From assembly GCA_964455875.1 (NCBI GenBank), contig CAYVYZ010000002.1:655-64654 (forward strand): 64,000 nucleotides of DNA. The letters run 5' to 3'. The notes beneath the pieces are model-generated. The model was not told where the DNA came from, searched no databases, and saw only the letters and a list, made by a program, of their open reading frames with translations. Shown here in pieces: positions 27,699 to 35,433 of this stretch. Position 1 is the stretch's first letter; every line of letters begins with the position of its first letter. The DNA is from an uncultured Planctomycetia bacterium. Lineage in GTDB: Bacteria > Omnitrophota > Gorgyraeia > Duberdicusellales > 4484-171. The translations under genes were made by a program, and so were the position numbers.

Positions 27699-27901
27699 TT
27701 TGATATCCCTTTTATTATTGTTGTGTCTAAATACCTAAGGTTATAACCTTGTTTTACTAACCTCTTTTCTTCTTTCTTTATTTCTTTTACCAAGGCATTA
27801 ATCTTTTTCTTCCTTTCTTCTATACCCGCAGAAAGATAATAGGCATCCCTTATCATTCTACCGAGTTCTTCAAACGAACTATCATCCACTAAATTTTTCA
27901 T
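27695..27901 (-). CDS. Hypothetical protein
   Basis: ORF with RBS GGAGGTG. Confidence 0.6.
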   Translation of the reverse strand: MKNLVDDSSFEELGRMIRDAYYLSAGIEERKKKINALVKEIKKEEKRLVKQGYNLRYLDTTIIKGISK

Positions 27902-28259
27902 TTTTTAACACCTCCTATTACAAATTATAGCCCTTTCACATAACGGGCGAACATAACAAATATGTTTACCGTCTATTCTCTTTGATAAATCCTGTTTTTT
28001 AAACCATTTATTATAGGGTTATCAAAATATTTTTTTTATTCCTTCTTTTTCTTGTTCTTCTTCAGTTAAACTATTTATTAATTTTTCTGGGTTCCATAAC
28101 CACTCGTCCATTTTTACACCTCTCATTAAAGCTTTTTGCGGTGGTAAACTCACCATAAAAAGACTTTTTATTACCTATAAGTATAATTCTTTCTTCCTCA
28201 TCACATCTTTTAGCAATACTGCCTAATCTTTTCCTATCTTCATCTACCATTCTTTTCCC

Positions 28260-28553
28260 TCATAACAACTTATAGGTTTTCATAATCTTCCTTCTTAACT
28301 CATCGGTTAGTTTCCCTTTTATTTGTAAAGGTAACATAGCTAAAAAGGCAGCATAAATATTGGGAGCGTCAGGATTATACTTCATTTTTTCGGCAAGCTC
28401 AGGAAAAGCTTCTTGGTGTTTCTTAATAATGTAATGCCTCATCTTAACATCACAATAAAAAACTCCTTTAGCACTTGTCCTTGCCTTCTGATGCTCAAGC
28501 CCAAGCGGAGCTTGGTGTGGAAGCCCGGTATCTGGGTCTATTTGTTCATTCAT
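28260..28553 (-). CDS. Hypothetical protein
   Basis: ORF with RBS GGAGG. Confidence 0.6.
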   Translation of the reverse strand: MNEQIDPDTGLPHQAPLGLEHQKARTSAKGVFYCDVKMRHYIIKKHQEAFPELAEKMKYNPDAPNIYAAFLAMLPLQIKGKLTDELRRKIMKTYKLL

Positions 28554-28592
28554 TTTTTCTTATCCTCCATTTTCAGATTTCTATACGGGATA

Positions 28593-28874
28593 TTATTTTT
28601 TTAACACCTCTCTCCAATTAATTTTAATGTTATGTAATTTTAAGCATCCTTCCCAAAAAGTTTCTCTTTTAAAAACACCTCCAATTTGGAGCTCCTCCAT
28701 ATATTCAAAGTTATCTCTATGACGGAATTTTGATTTTGAGTTTTCCAAGGTTTTTAAAAAATATCCTGACTCTCCGGCACTGATTACTTCTAATATTAAT
28801 CCTTCTACATCACCACTAACTCCTCTTACTATATCACCTACTTTAAAGGTCATTTTCCAAGCACCTTCTTCCAA
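28593..28874 (-). CDS. Small SH3/KOW-like protein with C-terminal NW motif
   Basis: FKVGDIVRG; ends KINWREVLKK; likely start MTFKV. Confidence 0.7.
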   Translation of the reverse strand: MEEGAWKMTFKVGDIVRGVSGDVEGLILEVISAGESGYFLKTLENSKSKFRHRDNFEYMEELQIGGVFKRETFWEGCLKLHNIKINWREVLKK

Positions 28875-29215
28875 TTAATTTGTTCCCTCTCAACCAATTC
28901 CACATCATCAGGATTAACAATACACCAACCTACCATATCCTTACCTTGAGAATATCCGACAGGCAAACTTCTCTTTTCCCTTCTTTCTTTTTCACCAAGA
29001 ATCCCATGTTTAGGAATTGTTAAATTATGAAATCTTTGTCCCCAAGCCAGAACGGTTAATACGCCATTACCTATACAATCCTTACACTTCATTCCATTCG
29101 CGGCGTCACAACCGCTCTTATCGCCTGTAATAATTACCTTGTCTCCGGGTTTAAACTTCATCAACTTCCACCTCGTGTTTGAAATGATATACAGGATAAA
29201 CCGTATCGTCCTCAA
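28850..29215 (-). CDS. Small SH3/KOW-like protein with C-terminal NW motif
   Basis: FKPGDKVII; ends QINWKKVLGK; likely start MKFKP. Confidence 0.7.
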   Translation of the reverse strand: MRTIRFILYIISNTRWKLMKFKPGDKVIITGDKSGCDAANGMKCKDCIGNGVLTVLAWGQRFHNLTIPKHGILGEKERREKRSLPVGYSQGKDMVGWCIVNPDDVELVEREQINWKKVLGK

Positions 29216-29396
29216 ATAAGATTTCTTCTGGCACCCAGTTCTCAGCCTCCATCTTGGACTTTTCTAACGCCTCTATCAACCTTTCTTCTTCTCTTACACC
29301 GTAGCAATAAAGTTGGCGTAATACCTCGTCTGGGCTAACATTTTTCTCATATAATTCCCTAAGTTTATCCACCCAGGGCAGAGTTAATTTACTCAT
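29151..29396 (-). CDS. Hypothetical protein
   Basis: ORF with RBS GGAGGTG. Confidence 0.6.
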   Translation of the reverse strand: MSKLTLPWVDKLRELYEKNVSPDEVLRQLYCYGVREEERLIEALEKSKMEAENWVPEEILFEDDTVYPVYHFKHEVEVDEV

Positions 29397-29414
29397 TTTA
29401 ACACCTCCATTTTT

Positions 29415-29711
29415 TCAGGGTTTTTTCAAAATAACCTTCCAATTAGTTATTCTAATTCCAACACCTTTCTTAATTATTTTAACAATTACATTGGCATCAT
29501 CGGTAGTAACATAAGAGCTGCCTAATGTATTTCGGCTTTCTTTGTGTTTTTTTATTGCTCCTTCCGGTGTAGGAGCCCATTCTCCCCATAACTCATTCTC
29601 TCCCCTTATACTTTTTATAATACAATAAGCTCTGAAATCCTTATCATTAACATATTTATCATTAACAAATTTCCATCCTATTAAATCTCCAACCGCAAAC
29701 ACCACTTTCAT
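29415..29711 (-). CDS. Small SH3/KOW-like protein with C-terminal NW motif
   Basis: FAVGDLIG; ends ITNWKVILKKP. Confidence 0.7.
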   Translation of the reverse strand: MKVVFAVGDLIGWKFVNDKYVNDKDFRAYCIIKSIRGENELWGEWAPTPEGAIKKHKESRNTLGSSYVTTDDANVIVKIIKKGVGIRITNWKVILKKP

Positions 29712-30076
29712 AACCTCAAAACTTCTGATAATTCTTGAAACACCTTCTTGGATATTTCGCCTTTCACAAATAATTTCTGAAGGTGTATAAATTTTTGTTT
29801 ATCCGTTTTAAGCTTTCTTGGATATATGCTGTGAAACAAACTACTCCTTAGAAGTCTTCTACCTTCTCTAAAAACTCTCTTATTCCCTTCCCGAACCGGC
29901 GTCATTCTGCCCCTCACAAATGGGCTCATTCTCTTATTTAGTTCTTTACGGACACAGAAATCGTATTTAGCTTCTGGGTGTTTATGATTAACGCCTTGTT
30001 CTTCACAAACTTGCCTGAATTTACGAAGAAACGCCGTTCTTTCGCTTTCACCGGGCATAGTGAGAATTCTAACCAT
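29708..30076 (-). CDS. Hypothetical basic protein
   Basis: ORF with RBS GGAGG. Confidence 0.6.
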   Translation of the reverse strand: MVRILTMPGESERTAFLRKFRQVCEEQGVNHKHPEAKYDFCVRKELNKRMSPFVRGRMTPVREGNKRVFREGRRLLRSSLFHSIYPRKLKTDKQKFIHLQKLFVKGEISKKVFQELSEVLRL

Positions 30077-30167
30077 TTTTATCTCCTCCGTTTTTTTTAA
30101 ATGGTTTGGGTGTTACCCATTAAATAAGAGGGTTATCAGTAGTTCAAAAAAACCCATATGATAGGGA

Positions 30168-30335
30168 TTAATATAACCATTCCTCTTCTTCGTCATCATC
30201 ACCTTCTGGATATTTAATTTCTTTGGGAGGTTCCCCCCCAGAATTCTCTCTTTCTATATCTTCAACTAATTTATCAATCCTTCTCTCTATTTCCTCTTCG
30301 TTTTCTTCCTCATCAAAGATAAATTCCTCTGACAT
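30168..30335 (-). CDS. Very acidic 55-aa protein with EFIFD motif
   Basis: Hand translation MSEEFIFDEEENEEEIERRIDKLVEDIERENSGGEPPKEIKYPEGDDDEEEEWLY; RBS GGAGGTG; below the ORF-track cutoff. Confidence 0.65.
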   Translation of the reverse strand: MSEEFIFDEEENEEEIERRIDKLVEDIERENSGGEPPKEIKYPEGDDDEEEEWLY

Positions 30336-30486
30336 ATGGGCACCTCCGAATAATATTTTAATTTTCTTTGAACCTCTGATTTTAGAGTTCCGTTTTTTTT
30401 ATAAACGAGGTAATCGTGATTAAGTATTGGGTGAAACATTTTAAACTACTCTTTTTTTTCTTTATAGGTTTTTATTGATTTATATC

Positions 30487-30501
30487 TTTATAAATGTTTC
30501 G
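30487..30501 (-). promoter_or_regulatory. Archaeal BRE+TATA promoter
   Basis: CGAAACATTTATAAA. Confidence 0.65.
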
Positions 30502-30550
30502 TTTTTTAGAAACCGATAAAAAAGAATAGGAAAAAAAATAAAAAAAGTTT

Positions 30551-31132
30551 TTAACTAAATGAAAACTCACTCGGTCCTCTGGCTTTCTCTACTTGTTTAG
30601 CAAGGATTTCCTTTGCTTCACTAATTAGCTTCTCTGCTTTTTCGGCGCCAAACTTCTCGTTTGCTACTTTCCTAATGGTTTCTTCTTTTGTGCCGCCACT
30701 AAGCCCTTCCACTATCATATTGACATATTTTTCGTCGCCTGTTTCTCTTGGGGTTGTTGTATCTGTTGCTATTGGAACCGGAGCTACTTTCTGTGTTGCC
30801 TTTTTCACTATCTTTATTGGTTGTCCCAAGTATGGTTTTCCGTTAATAGTAACGGTCCATTTTGCTCTCTCGGCATCTGTTTTCCAATTACCCAAGCTCC
30901 CAATTCCTTCTTTGGGCATTCCTGTCATATCACACCAATAGTCTTCAAGGTCTTTTGTGTTTCTCAGGTCTATTTTGTTTGCCTGTAACCACTCCATTCC
31001 TTTTTGGTTTATCTTCAAATAAAGATAAACCCCAGGCTCTACTTTTCTTGGTGTTTGGGTGGCTTGACAAGTGCTTGTCTCGCCTGTTTCGTTGTTCTTA
31101 ACAACAACGGTTGCGTTAGGCATTTTAGCCAT
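30551..31132 (-). CDS. Early hypothetical protein ending in EFSFS; probable paralog of 34148-34627
   Basis: Start MAKMPN after GGAGGGG; promoter at 31217-31232. Confidence 0.7.
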   Translation of the reverse strand: MAKMPNATVVVKNNETGETSTCQATQTPRKVEPGVYLYLKINQKGMEWLQANKIDLRNTKDLEDYWCDMTGMPKEGIGSLGNWKTDAERAKWTVTINGKPYLGQPIKIVKKATQKVAPVPIATDTTTPRETGDEKYVNMIVEGLSGGTKEETIRKVANEKFGAEKAEKLISEAKEILAKQVEKARGPSEFSFS

Positions 31133-31216
31133 AGTTATCCCCTCCGTTTTTGTTTTTAGGTTTTGTTCGGAAACCAAACCTGCTTTTGGTTTCCAAAACT
31201 GGGATTGATTTCTGGC

Positions 31217-31232
31217 TTTATAAATGTTTTGG
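31217..31232 (-). promoter_or_regulatory. Archaeal BRE+TATA promoter
   Basis: CCAAAACATTTATAAA. Confidence 0.5.
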
Positions 31233-31236
31233 TTTT

Positions 31237-31671
31237 TCATCGCCTGCTTTCCCAGTTTTTATATGCGAAATCATTAGCATAATCCTCTGACAGCATATAT
31301 ACCTCATACCATTTTTCTTTTCCCATAAGTTCGTGTAAGTGCCCTAATTCGTGTAGTAAAACAAATTTAAACCTGTCCCGGGACATATTATCAAACATTC
31401 CTATTGTTATTCTTGTTTTTCCACAATCCCAAAACTCAAAAACTCCTTCTCCACTACCTTGACCTCTAAACCTTACTTGGGCTGTGGTAAAATATATGTT
31501 AGTAAGCCCATTAAAATATTCTTCTGGCACCTCAGATAACACCTCGTTTATTAATGTCTTATTTAACCCATACTCATAACCGATATAATAACCTGATACC
31601 GGGTTTAACAAAAACAATATTGGTATTACCGATAAAATTATTTTCATCATTTTTTCTTCCCTCATAACCAT
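31237..31671 (-). CDS. Secreted/membrane HExxH zinc-metallopeptidase-like protein
   Basis: Signal-like N-terminus, LLHELGH, SEDYANDF. Confidence 0.7.
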   Translation of the reverse strand: MVMREEKMMKIILSVIPILFLLNPVSGYYIGYEYGLNKTLINEVLSEVPEEYFNGLTNIYFTTAQVRFRGQGSGEGVFEFWDCGKTRITIGMFDNMSRDRFKFVLLHELGHLHELMGKEKWYEVYMLSEDYANDFAYKNWESRR

Positions 31672-31994
31672 ATAAGGTGGTTGTGTTCTTCTACTACTTC
31701 ACCCATAGCTTTTAAGGAGTCCAGAGTTTTTTCGCCGTATATCTTCACGAATTCGTGAGCCTGGGATAACTTCATATAATTAATTGCCTGTAATTCTTCT
31801 GCTTTTAACATATTATAAGCTATTAGGTGCTTACAAGTAACCCCTCGTATATTAAAATCCATACATTCGCAGGAAGTCCCTGTTACTAAATATCCTCTAA
31901 TAGTCATACTGCCGTCATCATTATAACTGAACTCACCCCTGGCTATTATTTGTTTTGCCTTTTCCTCTCTTGAAACAGAGTTATTCTGCCTCAT
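31662..31994 (-). CDS. SWIM zinc-finger protein
   Basis: CECMDF....CKH. Confidence 0.75.
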   Translation of the reverse strand: MRQNNSVSREEKAKQIIARGEFSYNDDGSMTIRGYLVTGTSCECMDFNIRGVTCKHLIAYNMLKAEELQAINYMKLSQAHEFVKIYGEKTLDSLKAMGEVVEEHNHLIWL

Positions 31995-31997
31995 TTT

Positions 31998-32105
31998 TTA
32001 TTCGTCCTCCTCTTCCATTCTTTCTTTGTCTCCGGGGCATCCTTTCTTATGGAATTGGTGCCTGAAATAAAAACTATATTCCATTCCGCAATATGGACAT
32101 CCCAT
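31998..32105 (-). CDS. Tiny zinc-finger protein (35 aa)
   Basis: Hand translation MGCPYCGMEYSFYFRHQFHKKGCPGDKERMEEEDE; fills the intergenic gap, has RBS. Confidence 0.5.
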   Translation of the reverse strand: MGCPYCGMEYSFYFRHQFHKKGCPGDKERMEEEDE

Positions 32106-32126
32106 TTTTATCTCCTCTGTTTTTTT

Positions 32127-32504
32127 TTACTTTCCTTGTATTGGTTTTTTCTCGGTTTCACCATAATTACAAACATTACAACCCCAGAAAAATCCTTCAA
32201 CTTTCTTTAGTGGTCTTATGGCTCCTAAGATAAGTCGTTGGTAAGGCGTATTTACCGGGATTTTTTGTAAATACCCATCTTGACACATAGGGCATTTAAT
32301 CCATTCATTCACGAAGCCTGTTTCTTCTGCTATCCTTTCTTCTGGTGTTTTGGGTTTGTCAAATGAGAATTCTGGGTTTGACCCGGCGTCTTTCTGCCCC
32401 TCTATTTCTTCAAAGCTGAACTCGGGTTCAACTTCAAAGCTGAATTCGTGTTTCCTCTTCATTTTTTTTTCACCCCTCAAAGCTGAATTCGGGTTCGGTT
32501 TCAA
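32127..32504 (-). CDS. Zinc-ribbon protein with three N-terminal EFSF motifs
   Basis: HEFSFEVEPEFSFEE...PEFSFD; CPMC..CNVC; likely start MKRKHE. Confidence 0.7.
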   Translation of the reverse strand: MKPNPNSALRGEKKMKRKHEFSFEVEPEFSFEEIEGQKDAGSNPEFSFDKPKTPEERIAEETGFVNEWIKCPMCQDGYLQKIPVNTPYQRLILGAIRPLKKVEGFFWGCNVCNYGETEKKPIQGK

Positions 32505-32727
32505 AGCTGAATTCGGGTTCTTTCGTTGTTTCAGGCTTCGTTTCTGCTTCTGCTTCTACGAGGGGGCTAATATCTAAATTGAGTATCCCCTCTATTTTTT
32601 GACACACTTTAAGGCCGTGCCCACAAGCTTTATCGCAGGCCTGAGCTAATTCTGGTTTTAGCTCGGTGCCGATATTAATCAAACCGTCTATCGGTGTGCC
32701 ACAGAACAAACAATTCATTCCTGACAT
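32470..32727 (-). CDS. Zinc-finger protein ending in tandem EFSF motifs
   Basis: CLFCG..CDKAC; ends PEFSFETEPEFSFEG; first gene after the promoter at 32780. Confidence 0.7.
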   Translation of the reverse strand: MSGMNCLFCGTPIDGLINIGTELKPELAQACDKACGHGLKVCQKIEGILNLDISPLVEAEAETKPETTKEPEFSFETEPEFSFEG

Positions 32728-32779
32728 TTTTTCGCCTCCACATTTTATTTTTTTTCTATTAAGAAGGTAGAAAAACTAC

Positions 32780-32794
32780 TATTTAAATCTTTCG
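32780..32794 (-). promoter_or_regulatory. Archaeal BRE+TATA promoter
   Basis: CGAAAGATTTAAATA. Confidence 0.65.
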
Positions 32795-32804
32795 CAAAAC
32801 CAGC

Positions 32805-32849
32805 CGCTACTACTAAATAGTGATACTTCACTACTCTATAATGATGACA
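32805..32849. repeat. Two outlying copies of the ACTACTAAATAGTGATA element
   Basis: Same core as the 35067-35290 array, directly upstream of a promoter. Confidence 0.65.
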
Positions 32850-33089
32850 TAATAAAGGTGTATTAATTTATTAGTGGTTATAGCTTTTTACTACCATTAA
32901 GTATTAAAAATTTATATGGGTAAGCTATATCAGGAGTATATCAAATTCGCATTTCCGAGCTGTTCCTGGGGTGTTCCCACTATACCCTGACTCAAACTAC
33001 CTATTTACAGGAAAACCCTTTAAAACCCACGGAAACAAGCAAACCGAAAACAATAACTATCACTAATACCGTATATTGTCTTTATTAAG

Positions 33090-33246
33090 AAAGGTGGGAA
33101 ATAAGTTGGATAAGCGGAATAAGGTGGAAAAAAGGTGAAAAAAGGCGGAAATAAGTGAAATAACGGATAGCGGGATAGCGGAATAGCGGGGGATGGCGGA
33201 ATGGTGGGGTAGCGGAATAATGGATAGCGGATAGCGGAATAAGGTG
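33090..33246 (+). repeat. Degenerate purine-rich short tandem repeats (GGATAGCG / AAGGTGGAA)
   Basis: ggatagcgggatagcggaatagcgg...ggatagcggatagcggaataaggtg. Confidence 0.75.
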
Positions 33247-33325
33247 TCCCTCCTCGCCTCACTCCCAACCCTAAACAATAAAAACAGGTGTTACCACTAC
33301 TACATAATAAAGTTAGTGTTTGGGA

Positions 33326-33656
33326 AAGGCGCGGCGCGTTGGGAGGCGCCGCAGAAAAATTATAGCCGCGCCGCAAAGTTTTTTTATAGGCGCGCCGCAG
33401 AAAACTGTTAGCCGGAGAGATTTTCATATTTATGCCTATGATTATGATTGTGCCCACGGTTTTTCATATGGTTTTCCGATTTTTTTCCAAACGCCGTTCA
33501 TAGTGCTGGGCGCGGCAGAGAAAGATTGGGACAGGCGCGGCGCTGAAAGGCGCCAGTTCGTCAGGACCGAACCATCTAATCCATCCATCTATAGGCCAGA
33601 ATGACATCAGTTCAGGGAAAAGGCTCGGTCCACCTCGGCGCTGAAAGACGCCGGTT
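33326..33656. repeat. GC-rich boxes (GCGCCGCA, GGCGCGGC) and a duplicated GGCGCTGAAAG.CGCC hairpin
   Basis: Three GCGCCGCA copies; CGGCGCTGAAAG(G/A)CGCC(A/G)GTTC at about 33538 and 33636. Confidence 0.65.
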
Positions 33657-33790
33657 CACACGCAGCCTGTGTGAACCCGCCAAACTCTGTCCTTAACCCA
33701 GATTTCACTAAATCTGAGTCCCTTTATTCTCTTCTTACATATCTTACATTTCTTGTTCTTCTCCCTTATTAATATTTGTTCTTCTTTCAT
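33656..33790 (-). CDS. Tiny zinc-finger protein (44 aa)
   Basis: Hand translation ...KCKICKRRI...VHTGCV; RBS GGGGGAG. Confidence 0.5.
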   Translation of the reverse strand: MKEEQILIREKNKKCKICKKRIKGLRFSEIWVKDRVWRVHTGCV

Positions 33791-33913
33791 CTTGTATCTC
33801 CCCCCAAACATTTTTTTGAGTATAGAGCGAAACCCCTGATTAATCCATCTGAGTTCATCTGGCGTTAATCAGATTAAAAAAATTCAAAAAAAACAGAGAG
33901 AAAGAGTTTTTAA

Positions 33914-34078
33914 TCATTTGTTTTTATAATGTTTTTGTGTTTGCTCTTTTATAGTCTTAAAAGTTAATTCTGTGATTTCTTTACTTGGCTTTATCATTTC
34001 TGGCGTTTTATAAAAGCACTCTTTACAATATCCACCAATAGTATTTTTGTATTCTTTACATTCTTTACATATTCTCAT
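33914..34078 (-). CDS. Tiny zinc-finger protein (54 aa)
   Basis: Hand translation MRICKECKEYKNTIGGYCKECFYK...; RBS-like GGAGCGTGA. Confidence 0.5.
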   Translation of the reverse strand: MRICKECKEYKNTIGGYCKECFYKTPEMIKPSKEITELTFKTIKEQTQKHYKNK

Positions 34079-34147
34079 TCTTATCACGCTCCAGACTTTT
34101 ATTTTTTCGTTGTTATAAAAATAAAATAAAAAAATAAAAAAGTTTTT

Positions 34148-34627
34148 TTATTCAAAGTTAAAAGTTGTTTCTGGCTTGACTTTATAATAATTATAAAGTC
34201 TTTCTCTACTTGATTTATTGTTGAAGTTGTTGTTTATTACTTTTATAGTCTTTTCTGCGTCTGGTAATGGCTTACCAGATTTTTTAAGTTTCTCATAATA
34301 CTCGTTGTATTCGTTGATAAATCGCTGTTCTTTCTCTGTTAAGTCTTTTGTTGTGTCTGTTCTCGCTGGATTGGTTTCTGTTTCTGGTTTTCTTGGTTTT
34401 CGCTGGTATCCAACAGATTTTAGTATTCCACATTCAAAATCGTATTTGTTCGTTGCTTTAAAGTTTAGTGCTTTCATTAGATACTTAGCTTCTACTGGTG
34501 TAAATTGTGCGTTTATTGTTATCTCTCCAACGATACCAGAACGTTCTCGTGGTTTAAGTTGTTTATTCCATAATATACTTTCGTTTGTTTTTGCGTCTTT
34601 TAACTCGTATAGTTTTTGCTCAGCCAT
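34148..34627 (-). CDS. Early hypothetical protein ending in TFNFE; probable paralog of 30551-31132
   Basis: Likely start MAEQKL; shared N-terminal pattern and xTDTT linker. Confidence 0.65.
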   Translation of the reverse strand: MAEQKLYELKDAKTNESILWNKQLKPRERSGIVGEITINAQFTPVEAKYLMKALNFKATNKYDFECGILKSVGYQRKPRKPETETNPARTDTTKDLTEKEQRFINEYNEYYEKLKKSGKPLPDAEKTIKVINNNFNNKSSRERLYNYYKVKPETTFNFE

Positions 34628-34962
34628 TTTATTTTTGCTCCAATATTCTTTTTTTAAGTCTATTATTAACCAATAAGCTTTTAAGCCATAAGAAAGTTTA
34701 AAACTTATGGCTCTCATTAAGCTTATTAATTATTAAATAAGTATAATGCTACAACATATAAAGCTTATTTTTTCTGTTTTAAACCATATAAGTTTTATAC
34801 TCTTATATGATTAAGCTTTATGGTGTATTATGATAACAATTTTTAAGTTGTTATCGTTTGGTGTTGTTTTTCGCTGTTAATAAGTGAATTCTGTAAATAA
34901 AACTTTTTGTTGTTTGTTTTCGCTGGTGTTTTTGTTTCATACAACGAATTAATGAAAGCACA

Positions 34963-34977
34963 TATTTAAATGTTTCG
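34963..34977 (-). promoter_or_regulatory. Archaeal BRE+TATA promoter
   Basis: CGAAACATTTAAATA. Confidence 0.65.
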
Positions 34978-35042
34978 TTTTGGGCTGTATATAGATATAC
35001 ATAAAGCTATACTAAAAACTTTGGAGTAGTGACAAAAATCAG

Positions 35043-35057
35043 TTTATAAATATTTCG
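35043..35057 (-). promoter_or_regulatory. BRE+TATA promoter enclosed by a 12-bp inverted repeat
   Basis: CGAAATATTTATAAA flanked by AGTAGTGACAAA / TTTGTCACTACT. Confidence 0.6.
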
Positions 35058-35066
35058 TTATTTGTC

Positions 35067-35290
35067 ACTACTAAAAAGTAATAACAAAGGCGCTACTACT
35101 ATATAGTGACAACAATATTGATACTATTAAAGAGTGATAACAAAGGCGCTACTACTAAAGAGTGATAACAATAAAGTAATTACTAAAGAGTAATAACAAG
35201 GCGTTATTACTAAATAGTGATAACAGAATGTCGCCATTTCAAAATAGTAACACACAACAATACTATAACCACTACTATATAGTGATAACA
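35067..35290. repeat. Iteron-like tandem array, 28-bp period, core A(C/T)TACTA(A/T)A(G/T)AGT(G/A)ATAACA
   Basis: Copies start at 35067, 35095, 35123, 35151, 35179, 35206, a degenerate one at about 35236, and 35271. Confidence 0.85.
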
Positions 35291-35433
35291 CACATAACAA
35301 TATGAGAATAAGACATTATTCGTATAAACGGCGTTTAGAATAGTTTAATTACTATCTGGTAGTGATAAAATATACCTTCCCGAAATCTCGGGCTAAAATT
35401 TAAGAAATAACTGTGTTATGCACTTATTATTTT

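Noticed and set aside
31237-31671. C-terminal YKNWESRR as a tenth NW-motif member
   Set aside because: Lacks the upstream aliphatic residue, the basic residue after W and the downstream aliphatic residues; the protein appears to be secreted
33020-33604. ORFs 33020-33457, 33063-33278 and 33320-33604
   Set aside because: Translations of the repeat and GC-box DNA; low complexity, atypical composition, no RBS
35067-35290. Tandem array considered as a CRISPR mini-array
   Set aside because: Units are ~20 bp with ~8-bp linkers that partly repeat (AAGGCGCT twice); there are no unique 30-40-bp spacers
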